A DNA stretch of 61,762 nucleotides, the filler included, from Circinaria calcarea (lineage: Eukaryota), in NCBI GenBank assembly GCA_051942165.1. It is 5 parts of 5 records of this genome, joined end to end, with 100 filler letters (N's around TTAATTAATTAA, not from the genome) between each part and the next. Parts side by side here need not be neighbours in the genome. Positions count along the whole stretch, not along the records: positions 12,392 to 24,671 come from JAVECS010000587.1; positions 24,772 to 37,046 come from JAVECS010000588.1; 3 more parts are not named here. One strand, given 5' to 3'. The notes beneath the pieces are model-generated. The model saw only the letters and a program-made list of their open reading frames with translations, ran no database searches and had not been told where the DNA came from. Below, one piece after another: positions 23,143 to 34,300 of this stretch. Positions within the stretch are counted from its first letter, which is position 1. Every line of letters begins with the position of its first letter. The translations under genes were made by a program, and so were the position numbers.

Positions 23143-23734
23143 GGCATATACCGAAGAGATTAGCGAAGAACACGTACCACGGATTATCATCTTTTGGATT
23201 CTCTCACATGCTTCTTCGTTGGCTCGAAAAATGTCCATGAGCCATCCACGTGCTTTCCAAGCTGGGGAGTTTAGCGCTGGAAGCGAGGAAGCTAAATGAC
23301 GACCTTAACATTCCCCCTCCACTCAAGCTTGGATAGAAACACGACAACGCACATCTTTCGGGTCATTGGAGACGGTCATGGGATCTGATGATGCAGGAGC
23401 AATCACCGACCTGGCACAAGATGTTATAAGACACAACGGACGGCTATTGTGCAGATTGGAAGTCATTTTGCCCTATGCCATTCATTACGCTGACGCCTGC
23501 TACATATGGTGGAAGTCGACGTTAACGCATTGATACCTATCATGTAGATACTTGACATTAGAACAATCGGACTGTCTTACTGATCCTGTAGGACGACTTC
23601 TCGCTTCCAGGATCTCCAGGATGCAAACCATCACGCTAGGATCAATGCTTTTATTAGACGCGGTAATAATGAAGCACCAGGCGGCGACTCTATCATCAAA
23701 TGTGCCAGAGACAGACCTGTCCTCCCAAAAATAA
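23143..23734 (+). pseudogene. Degraded gene relic of unknown family
   Basis: AYTEEISEEHVPRIIIFWILSHASSLARK, then in another frame SLETVMGSDDAGAITDLAQDVIRHNGRLLCRLEVILPYAIHYADACYIWWKSTLTH*YLSCRYLTLEQSDCLTDPVG. Confidence 0.35.
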
Positions 23735-24671
23735 TTAATTAAAGTTACAATAGAGATCTAAGTCCCGCTGGAGACATCATGGGAATTATCCGTAGTATTT
23801 CCAGACCGGGGGGTAAAAAGGAGGCTGCCTATCACTTAAAGGTTCATTCTTCTGAGAACTGATGTTATCTAGTTTTGATATCTCTTGGAGTCCTCCAATT
23901 TGTCTACATACGAAGAGAGTAGCTACTGCTGCTCCTACACGACATACCCTACAAGAAATTAACTGCAGACAAGTCCATCACTACAGACGTCGCTCAACTA
24001 GCTACCTCATGGTCCACCAACAGAACCTTCATTACCCTGGGACAAATTAAAATGGTGGGCAAGCTTAAGGGAAAGAAAACTACTAAGTTGGCTGGCATGG
24101 TGGTAGTTACCGTCGTACGGGCGGGTAAGGATTCATGTGTACACGCTGCTCTAAATACATAGCCTATTGAAATATGTACGATCCCCAACAGTGTGTCAGC
24201 ACCAGTCTGCCTGCTCAAGATTCCTTCAAGACGGACGATGACCAAGCTCTAATGCCGAGAGTGACAGTACAACACTGAAGGACCTCCCGTGTAGGAATTT
24301 CACCACATAATTCAATTGAGGTCCTAATGTAATTGGCATCCAGTCCAAAGGGCATGGTATATGGATATGCAGTATGAGGTACCTGCCAACACCAGTATGC
24401 CTTAACTATCTCTCCTTGGCAACGGCTTTTTCACGCTGGCTTTCCTTTACGTGTGTAGGCTTTACGTCCAAGGCCCTCCAATACTCGCAAAAGACTTGGG
24501 TCAGTTAAGGCGTACTTCCATGAGGAGATTGTAGTGCTAAAATGCTCCTCTGAATTGATCTAGGATAGTTCTTCCCATACCCCTTCTCTGCCTGCCTTCG
24601 CCTCCAGCATTTTCTCTACCCTCCACCCCACTCGCTCTCCCTTCCCCTTCCAATCTCCGCCTTAGCCCCTC

Positions 24672-24771
24672 NNNNNNNNNNNNNNNNNNNNNNNNNNNNN
24701 NNNNNNNNNNNNNNNTTAATTAATTAANNNNNNNNNNNNNNNNNNNNNNNNNNNNNNNNNNNNNNNNNNNN
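24672..24771. other. Artificial contig-joining spacer
   Basis: 44 N + TTAATTAATTAA + 44 N. Confidence 0.99.
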
Positions 24772-27130
24772 TATTGAACCAGGAACTTAGATACGCCGGA
24801 TTTACTATCAGCAACGATTGTTCCATCCGGTGCTTTGATTTCGAACTGGAAGCTTCCTGGTCCACCTGCGTTTGCCCATATTATTCGAATCGGATAATAC
24901 TTCCCTTTTTCCACGGCCATCTTATAAACAGCATTCGTCCCACCCCACTCCTGGAAAAGGTTGGCATTTGACCTAGTATATCCGCTAACAGCATTAGGAC
25001 CGACCCAAGCCGCCACGATGTTGTCGCTGACTGGGACGGTAAAAGTGTATTCGCCAGACTGCTTCGCGTACGCGTAGCCTCTATGATTCACAATTATATA
25101 CTCTGAGCTTGACGGTTTAATGCCGTAAATGTCGGCGGAGTCGCGAACACCAAGCGCTGTAGTTTTGCCCACATGTTCTGGCGCCGTTGCCTTATAAACG
25201 GCAGGTTCGAAGTTGGGATCGTCACGAACCTTATTAGTAGGATAAATAGCATATTCAAGACCTTGATTGCCGCAGGAGATGTCAGGTTCCTCTGGAGGAG
25301 GAACAGGCTTTGGGGCTGGTGAAGGAACAACAGGCTTCTGGTCTTGCGTTGGGGAAACGGGCTTTTGGTTCGGTAAAACCTAAAAAAGGGGGTAGATTAA
25401 CCTCTGCGTCATCATGAGTTTGAGACAAGATGCACGGGACCGGATAGACATCTCCCATCCTCCTCACGGAGAAGGGTCCCAGAAAGATAGATGAAGAGAA
25501 GCGAAAGAGATATCACGTTAGGCTTACCTGATTGGGGGAATCACAGGATCCGCCACACCCAACAGAGTGCGCCGATGAGTAGCCAGGTGCTTTGATGCCG
25601 GGCTCACCGTGATGATTGCTGAAGTAGCATGTTCCAGAACTTTCATGGTAGTCGACACTATGACAAGGGACCAAGGCCGCACATGCGCCCATGCAACTCT
25701 GGAAGCTGTCGTGATATTCCTTGTAAAGCACCTTTGTTCCATGTCTTGCACCACAGTCCATATGGAAGGACTATCGAATACTTTAGTTAACGTAGTGATA
25801 AGAGTGTCCTCAACGAGAGAACCTTACCTCTCCTTGAGGCGAATTCCACGTCTGTCCATGGGCGTATGGACACGCGGTGGAGCATTTGATGGTCATGATA
25901 TCCGCGGCGGCATCCGCATCCGCTTCTGGCGGGTCAATAGTAAATGCCATGTCGTGTTCACCTGTCCCACATGCCTTTACGTTGTCCCCGCCTTCAGCAT
26001 ACATTTCGCACCTGTCAACAGGGCTCCCCTTGAAACGGGAGTTGAAAGTGACACTGACATAGGGTCAGTAGATCAGACTTAGAAAACATTCTAGGGCCCT
26101 CCGAACCTCATGCAGCCTTTTGTAACTGCACACTTATCCATACAACTTTTCAAGTCACTCTCTTTGGTATCGCCAACGAGGGTGACGCCTTTTGAGTGTA
26201 CACCGCACCGGAGCTGGAACCATGTACCATCAGGGGTAACATATGTTTTTCCATTGTCTATGTACAGGGTCAATACCGATACACTGGAAAATGTTGCATG
26301 TTCCATCCCTAACGGAGCTTTACCTACCTTCTGGACATTTGCCAAGGCCCTGTGGCGCAGATGGGTTTGACGCAGGAAGTGAAGCGGTAGAGGAGCCTGA
26401 CGACGATGGTGTTAACACTGAGGGATCGGATGATGTATCTTGTTGAGAAGGTGGAGCAGGTGGAGCAGCAATCGGTTGCTGTGCTGGGGGCTGCTGTACT
26501 GGGGGCTGCTGCACTGGGGGCTGCTGTACCGGGGGTTGCTGTACCGGGGGTTGCTGTACCGGGGGCTGCTGCACCGGAGGTTGCTGTACCGGGGGCTGTT
26601 GTGGTGCCGGTTTCTGAGCCTGTTCTTGCCTCTGAACTGATGGATCCTTAACAGGGAACCAAGTGTGCACGCCATTTGCTGGAACAGTAGGAATGTATTG
26701 CGAGAACAAAACGCATTGTTTGTTGCTATCCCTGTAATCGCAACTCTTGCACTGGAGATTTTGAGCACATAGGTCGGCACACCCGGTGCGGCTCTGCGCT
26801 GTGGTACTGAGTAGGCGGTTCGCTGTCGTCCCCTTATCGCACTGCAACTGAAACGTGATGCCGTTACTAATTCCACAGTTATATCTGCTCTTACACGCCG
26901 ACTCTAATCTGAACTTACCTCGTGTACATCTTGCCGTTATCCCGGGGACATTCGTAAGATGGTGGATTTGCTGAGGCAGCTCCGCCTACCACAGCATCAT
27001 CATCGTCATCTCCGAACGGGTTCTGTGATCCAGCAGCTGCGAGGGTAGGACGAACCAAGTTAAGGAAAAGAAGCAGCAATGCCAAGCAAGGTAGAAGGCT
27101 CTTCAAGTCTGGAGTTCTTGTCCGAGCCAT
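24772..27130 (-). CDS. Secreted lectin/adhesin: signal peptide, 3 PAN/apple-like domains, QQPPV linker, C-terminal GLEYA (PA14-like) domain; exons 27130-26919, 26866-26328, 26257-26107, 26053-25828, 25770-25528, 25379->24772 (3' end truncated)
   Basis: Hydrophobic leader LLPCLALLLLFLNLVRPTLAAA. Apple-type CADLCAQNLQCKSCDY, CMDKCAVTKGCMSV, CMGACAALVPCHSVDY. CGNQGLEYAIY...VNHRGYAYAKQSGEYTF...SDNIVAAWVGPNAVSGYTRSNA...GKYYPIRIIWANAGGPGSF. All five GT-AG introns join in phase. Confidence 0.88.
26470..26601 (-). repeat. 15-bp coding tandem repeat, (QQPPV)7-QQPPA-QQPI
   Basis: CAGCAGCCCCCGGTA-type units within exon 2 of the adhesin. Confidence 0.95.
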
Positions 27131-28139
27131 GATGAGCTGCCCAATATGGAGTTTGATAGGGACTTGGAAGGACAGTATTCCTCACTAGAGGTCTATCGAC
27201 GGGCGATGTTGAGAACAAACCAATGATGATATGTTAAGCCGCTGGGATTCATGACCATTTATATCAATAAAATCCCTAGTGGACTAGGGTGGGAAACAAA
27301 AAGCAATGTTGAGAAAGATCGAGGTGATTAGCATCATGATGCACAGAGGCCCCCTTCGGCTTGTCCTAGACCAAGATAATCGGAGAGGCGCATGAGCAGA
27401 CTTTTGGAAAGACGCATAAGTAGAACTATTGAAAAGACGCATGAGCAGAGCTATTGAAGGGAATGCATGACAAGGATGACCGAGTCCACGGACCCGCAGT
27501 GATAGCAGGATCGGAGGACACTCCGGAGATGCATGCACGGATCCCCAGACTCCAATGGAGACGGACCTTCCGCCCATTGCCAACATGAGGTTGCAGCGTG
27601 CGTCAAAATGGATGACATGGTAAAGTCGACACCGAAGAAGCCCTCCAACCGTTAGCTGAGAGGATTTACAAGGATCCCCGCAACCTGCGACCAAGACTCT
27701 GAGTGCAGAGTGTTGTGTACGTGCTATCAAGCCATTTTCCAGAACAAGCGCCAGGACGGTGCCAAAAGACCGACTATCCCCGCTGATAAAGAGTCTGCTT
27801 TCGCTTCAACTTGCAGCAAATGCAAATGTACGGCGATGCGGTCCTACCACTCGCATACAATATAGCTTCTCGGCACAATACTGTTACACTGTTGCATGCA
27901 GTGATCCCAACAACCACCTACCTTACGGAGTATCTAATCAGCAGTCCCCAATTGTGACGTCGACCGGCAACCGGCAACCGGCAGCCGGAGATTTAGCGCT
28001 TAGCGCCGAGTGGAGTGGGCGGGCCGGTAGATCTTACCCCAGATGCTTAATTTAACTCCACGTCCCCCTGAACATGCACTGCACTCGGCAATCTGCATAG
28101 GTCCCACTCTCGATACCCCGCAGTTTTAACAGCTATCGT

Positions 28140-28772
28140 AGACCACGTCAGGCTGGGTTGGCTCGTCAACGCCATCAAAAGGGCTGGAACAGATGCAGGG
28201 CCTATAGCATTGCGTGATGAGTGAATAACTTCTTGGATATTGGATCAATGAACGTTCAAGGTAACATAAACCGTAGGGAAGTGTAGGTACCATCTCAAGA
28301 TGGAGATGCAGTCGGATTTGATTACTCATACTATGAGATGGAGTCTAGGAGAGATCCGCAGATGCAACTTGCATGCTGCCAAGCCCAGAATGGTAATAAT
28401 GAGGAGAAACACATCCAGTGCTGTGCATGATAGGAAACTAAGGCATAGACGCCAGAGCATGCAAGAGATTAGACGACAATACCTTGGCCGAAGATATCTG
28501 GCAGTTGTATAGATGGCAAAGAGAAATGAAAACACAATGATATCATCTTGACGAGAAAGTGTCTAGACACGCTTCAATGAGTGCATAGTACGGAAAACAA
28601 TGCATAACGCTATAGCAATGCGCTGGTGGAGTAAGAAGAAGCAATGACTGATTTCTTGGAAGAAGATTAGCGAGATGCGTTAGTAGGGCGCGAACCACCT
28701 TACTATCGGCCCTGTTGTGTAACAAATGCCATTCACCGAGGTAATCCAGATGAATGCAATAGGCACGGGTAA
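28140..28772 (+). pseudogene. Possible stop-riddled relic ORF (charged, purine-rich)
   Basis: One frame reads PSQDGDAVGFDYSYYEMESRRDPQMQ...EEAMTDFLEED*RDALVGREPPYYRP with repeated TAG/TAA/TGA, compatible with C>T decay of CAG/CAA/CGA codons. Confidence 0.25.
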
Positions 28773-29241
28773 AAAGGTTATCTATAAGTCACATATTTTC
28801 CATTAGCAGATAGTAACCACGCTGATGAAACAATATAAGCATATGCATATAGTATTGCATATTGAGGGACATCCGTGAGCCCGATCCTATCAACTGCTGG
28901 CTGAAACAGTCTTATCGAGAAGCCAGCTACGAACCTTTCTTGCATAGCGTCGAACCGCTACCCGATTGTGCTGAGTATCAAGGAATCTCCAGTTCTTTAG
29001 CTCGATAACCTTTCAACTCCGCGCAAGTAACGGAGAAGCCGCTAAGTTGATGACCTATGCCACTCCGGATGATCATCGAGTCAAACCTTGACACTATCCC
29101 GCCTCTGAATAGCAGGGCTTGTGTGGGCAGCCCTTCATTAAGGGACCGCCCCCTTCTCCCAACCCTCATTCAGAATCCCTTTCTTTCCACCCTCTCTCCA
29201 AACTCAACTTCATTATTCATCTTGCTCATCCCTTCTTTAAG

Positions 29242-29986
29242 ATGCTCTTCACAAAGACATTCCTCTTTCTCATATATGCTTGCATAACACAAGCATTCTT
29301 CTGTAAACCTATCAGACTCCCCGTCTTTACGCCCCAGCCGCTTCCGACTTGGCGGCCGTGGCCGCAATGGCCTCTTTGGCCTGGAGCATGGGTATATCCA
29401 GGTGGTGGGCAAGGTAAGGATTCGATCGCAAGGTGTTTATCATATCACATCTCACCTAGATCCTGATAGCCCCTGCGCCACCGGGGGTTCAACCGCCTCC
29501 GGCCCCTGTTCCAGCCCCTGCTCCAACTCCGCCTCGCGTTACCGTGACGAGCGTGTCCACTATAACCCTCACTCCCGTTACCGTCACCAGCGTGTCGGCT
29601 ATAGCTCTCCCTCCCGTTACCGTCACCAGCGTGTCGATTATGACCCTTCCTCCCGTTACCGTCACCAGCGTGTCGATTATGACCCTCCCTCCCGTTACCG
29701 TCACCAGCGTGTCCACTACAACAAGGTATGTCTTTTCGCTCTCGCCTTTGCAAGCTTCCCTCAAGAAGATAAGCTGAAAATAATTACCAAATATAGTACG
29801 ATCACCTCGACCTCCACAGCCACCGAGACCACGACTGTCCAAGGCATTCCGGCATCCGCAGTCGCGTCTGCAAGCGCCCTTTGTGCTGCCGCTGGAGGCA
29901 CTGGAAACCGTCCATTGTTCAATGACAAGGGTCAGGCTAGATGTTGCGTACCAATATACGACTCGAATGGAATTAAGTTGTGTTGA
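29242..29986 (+). CDS. Orphan secreted protein: signal peptide, Trp/Pro-rich segment, Pro-rich linker, 13-aa Thr/Val repeats, 4-Cys C-terminal cap; exons 29242-29413, 29470-29725, 29797-29986
   Basis: MLFTKTFLFLIYACITQA leader. GTAAGG...GATAG and GTATGT...GCTGAA...TATAG introns join in phase to give ...PTWRPWPQWPLWPGAWVYPGGGQAPAPP...(VTVTSVSxxxLxP)n...LCAAAGGTGNRPLFNDKGQARCCVPIYDSNGIKLC*. Confidence 0.8.
29538..29718 (+). repeat. 39-bp coding tandem repeat, about 4.6 copies
   Basis: GTTACCGT(G/C)AC(G/C)AGCGTGTC... units start at 29538, 29577, 29616, 29655 and 29694. Confidence 0.95.
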
Positions 29987-30562
29987 AGCGGGCGAGCGAT
30001 GCTGCCAAGCTTAGCGCTACTAGTGACAACACCTCTGGCAAGCCAACATCGAGCTGATGAAAGCGAAAAGTAGCTGAGATAAGGTTGTGCTAGGGAAGAG
30101 AAACATTGAAGCAAGCATTGAGTTGAGCGGTCCTTGATCAAATAGAATCGCCTCTCGTCTATCTTCTGATCATGTCTCTTATCTTTTAATAGTGCATCCC
30201 TCTCTCTATCTCAATCTGTATGTATTCCGTCGTCGAGTATCAGGCGACAAAATGCACGCAATACAACATCACTTTCATTGTCGCAGGAAGTAGTAATGTT
30301 TGTGAAGATTACGATAGGCGAGGGGATGCCCAGCTTATGACATCATCGATCATGCCCCTCGAGGGTCTGTAGTCCAAGAAATCCCTAGATCAATCCTACA
30401 TTTACAACTGCTGCAGCATCTATTTCCCTATCTCAAAATTCAGATTCCCAAATAAACTCCATCGCATAAGCCTCGGGTAACCGAGACCCAAACACACATC
30501 TCACTATCACTCTATACCACTACCCCCCGTCCCACTTCGCGCACCAAACCCCCCCACTAGAA

Positions 30563-31054
30563 ATGGCCGATACCGACCCCAAAGACCAGCAGCCCTCGGA
30601 GGAACAGCCCACGGAGGAGCAATCTGAAGAAAAGCCTTTACCGGAATGGAATCCCTCGAAGCAAGAAGCCCCTGGAGGTACGCTTCCCAATCTTTCCCCC
30701 TTCCCCAAAACCCTCGACCTCCTCCTTCCCCATCTTCCCCCTCCATCTAGTCCCTTACTCCCTCACCTAACAATCCCTACTCCACTGACCCCTTCCTTTC
30801 TTCCAGGTGGTCTCCTCTCCTTTGCCGGCGACCCCCTCGGAAAAGTTCTCAACCCCGCTCTCAAACCCGTCGGTGCGGGGTTGGGCGCCGTCACCGGACC
30901 TGCCAGCGACATTGTTGGCGGAGTGACAAAACCACTCTTAGGCCCTGTGGCGGGCGCGAAAGAGGATCGGGCAGAGATGTTTGGGGGGGAGAAGAAGAAG
31001 GAAGAGGAGTTTGGGGGCAAGGAGCAGACCGGGGAGAATCCTTTGGGGTTGTGA
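30563..31054 (+). CDS. Small conserved fungal hypothetical protein (Gly-rich, ends GGKEQTGENPLGL); probable intron 30678-30806
   Basis: GTACGC...ACTGAC...TTCCAG intron (129 nt, stop-free). GLLSFAGDPLGKVLNPALKPVG and GGKEQTxxNPLGL resemble a widespread ascomycete family. Confidence 0.75.
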   Translation: MADTDPKDQQPSEEQPTEEQSEEKPLPEWNPSKQEAPGGTLPNLSPFPKTLDLLLPHLPPPSSPLLPHLTIPTPLTPSFLPGGLLSFAGDPLGKVLNPALKPVGAGLGAVTGPASDIVGGVTKPLLGPVAGAKEDRAEMFGGEKKKEEEFGGKEQTGENPLGL

Positions 31055-31345
31055 TTTCGGGTGGGATGTAGGACGGGGGGATAGTTTTGAAGAGTATGGG
31101 TGCGTGGACTGCCCCAGGCAGGGTTGGCAAGTACGACAAGTATGAAATATACGTGACCATTCTGGATAGATTCATCAAATCGGTTTCGAGACATGTGAAA
31201 TTCCTTGGCAATGTACTCTATGTAATTGAAGAAGCGGAGCGCAGCAGAGGGGTATTATGAAGGAACGCAGAAAGGGACATCCAAGCTATCAATTAAATGC
31301 GCCATATGTCATTTCCCGTAGTCGTTGCCAAAATAGTCAGTACTC

Positions 31346-34300
31346 TTATTCGGTAAGGTCAATAATGTGGCTCGGTTGTCGAGGCACCGGGTTGTTAGGT
31401 GAGATTTTCGCAACAGTTTCAGCAGGCCCTCTCGCCTGTGAAATGGTAGCAAGCGGAGCCCTTGTCGGAGTTTGCGTTGCAAGCTTCATCGAAGTGAGTT
31501 CGGTCAGTTCGGTGAACCTGTCTGTGAGGAGGCTTTTCAAAGCCGGTAAACCGATACTTCGGATATTCCTAGCTGCTTCATCGCAACGCTGCTGCCAAGC
31601 CTTCCAAGATTGCTTCCATGTATTGTGGTTCTTCGTGATCACAAGGGTATATGGAATGCCTGTTCGGTCCGTCACATGTTCATATGTGCTGCGAATTTGA
31701 TTTTCGAGGTGACGCCTTCGCTTTTCAGCCAAAGGAAACCGGCCTGTCATCCTGTTTGGATCAACAAGAAAACGGTCCAGTGATTGACAATCTGTACAAC
31801 CACACCCCTTACGTAGCTTTGCCCAGTCCGGCGGGGCCGGAGGCTCCGCGCCGATAAATCGTTGCCTATATAACTCGAGCAGATTCTGGAAACAAGCCTG
31901 ATATCGACTATCCGTATAGGGGATGTTGTAACGTTGCATCAAAGCGAGAAGGCTCCTTAGAAATGGAAGTAGAAGGATCTGAAATGCCGATATATCGACG
32001 ATTGCAGCTTCGCCCTTGATCCGATCAAGTATCTGATCAATTTCTCCATCCAGATGAAGGGAGATACAGTAACCAATCAAAGTCGCAATATCATCCCCTG
32101 CCATAAATGCAGAGGGCGAAGAGTCATCTCGCCTGAGCTGCGGTTCATATATGCTCCGAATCCCGTCCATTGGCCGCATTCTTTTACTGACCGGAGTATG
32201 AAACTCTAACTTGAAATATGGTATCAGATTGCAAAGAATGTCGCGGAATATATTCGAGACGACCCCTTTGCGGATTTTGGTCTGCTCTCCAGCCTCGAAG
32301 AGACACTCGAGAAAAGACACGGAAAAGCTTGTATCGTTGGAGATGTGTCGTTTGACTAAGGGAAGTATGCTAAGAAAGGTTCCTATTAGCTTAACGGAAA
32401 TCTCCGCGGACCTCATCGGCATGTTGAGAGAGAGTTCCAACTCACTTTCGGAACATGTACCCTTCTCCGTACTTCTGAGCAATACCGACAAGCGCCTTCC
32501 CGTCCTCTTTAACGAGAGGGATATCCACTGAAAGTGAGAAGGTCATCCTCTGGCGTATCCAGTTATCAAGGGCCTTTGAGTCGCTACTTTCCAAGTCACA
32601 GTGCTGAGAAGCTATGTAACCATCCCACAGGTTCGTTAGAGCTTGGTACACATGGTGGATTTCGGTTGTGGATGTCATGGACGTCTTGAGACTATTTAAA
32701 GATGTTAGCTTTATAGTAATTAACGGTTTAAATTGCAGGATAAATACCCCTTGTGCCAATCAGAAAGCCCAAGCTTTTGAAGAATTTGGCCAATCTCATA
32801 GTAGACCGGGGAGGGCCACCTGCTGCCGGTAATAGAAGCAGCGCTTTCGAAAAGCACTGGGTTCCTTAGCTGCAAGGCAGCTTTGACTACGAGACCCAGC
32901 GTGTCGTCCGCAAAGCCCTCTTCTGTGCGCCAATTAAAACAACCTTTACCTACGCCTCGTTTCTCTCGGTTTCGGGCTTCGTTCGTTTCGATCACCAGCT
33001 GGCATAGACGTGTGAGATTTATTTTACGTTTGCGATCCTGCGGCATGGCGCGGTGTTCATCAATCAGGTCACCAACCCAAGTATTTATATTCTTTTTGCC
33101 TTCCTTCGCCGAGTTGAAAAGGAGGTCGATTTGATAATCTTCGGGCACGATGACCAGACAGCTGTTACGGTAAAAGTGCGTTGCAGAGACGCCTTCATTC
33201 CCTGTATAGCCAGAGAAGTCCTCATCGTCTGGTTTCCGGGCAAATGGGTTCTCTTGGACGATATCATCCTCCCGAATTGTGATATCCTGGCCGATCTTTG
33301 AACCGTCTGCGTTGAGCATAACCTTTAGCTGAATGCTTGAATCGCACACATCACTAATCTTATGATACGCGTCAAGACCCTCACTGTTGCTATCGTCATC
33401 ATGATCATTGTCAGATTCTTCGTTATCGGACCCGGCGCCGCTATAATAATCCTCTTCCTCGTCACAACCACCAAAAACAGTATGTTCTAAGTTTGCAAGG
33501 ATGATGCAGAAGCCTTGTTCCCTACAAGCTTCTTTCAAATACTGGGCTTTCAAGCGATCCATCCCTTTTAGGTGGTCGTAACGCAGATTTGCATCAGTGT
33601 ACTTGTGTTGGAGCATGTATGCAAGCATCTTGGGGCAAGTTGTGTAGGAGTTCTCAAGACTGGTCTTCCATAGAGACAGGACATTACCAAGCTTCAGTGT
33701 CTCATTTCCAAGACTTGCTGCTAATTGAGGTACCCCAGGTGCACTATGCACGAGGTTGTAGGTTAGTACTAGGCGGTATCCTGAAGTGATTGAAGCTACA
33801 GCATGCTCGACATCAGCATACCTTGGCCATGTCAGCATGAGAGTACACATGCAAATATTGATATCATATCAAACATACCATGCCAAGTAGCTGTAACCAA
33901 AGTCGGAGGCATCCGCAGTGCTAAGAGTCTTGCGCTGGCCATTGAAAATAACCTCGACCTCCCCGCCAGTATGACTGGAAGGCAAAGCGATTACCAAGGT
34001 ACCAAACATACCATGAGCTTTTTCCGAGCTTTTAAGCCGGTCAGTATCTGGAAATAGAGTTCCCAACCACTACCTACTCTGTATGACGCTCAAAGAAAGC
34101 CCCTTTCTCGTATAGAAGCATCTTGTAGAGTTGGGCTGAGATACTTGACATGCCACCCACAATTCCAAGCTCTTTCCCAACCGATTGCACGGCATTTTTC
34201 ACGCAATCTTGCCAGGCCGGGTTGCGTATTTCAAACTGGCTCGGATTCAATTCCCAAGTCCTCCTTACCGTAGTATCTACAACAGTCTTGCGACCCTTGC

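Noticed and set aside
29538..29718. 39-bp repeats (and the 43010-43100 repeats) as CRISPR-like arrays
   Set aside because: Head-to-tail tandem units with no unique spacers, eukaryotic context and no cas genes.
12392..29986. One large island joining the NLR contig to the adhesin pair
   Set aside because: It crosses an artificial spacer between size-sorted contigs, so adjacency is meaningless.
29402..29986. 194-aa ORF with SRYRHQRVDYDP repeats as a repeat-peptide (KEP/RiPP-like) precursor
   Set aside because: It has no ATG start or signal peptide and no KR sites. Splice phases place the repeat in the VTVTSVS frame of the secreted gene, so this is a shadow frame.
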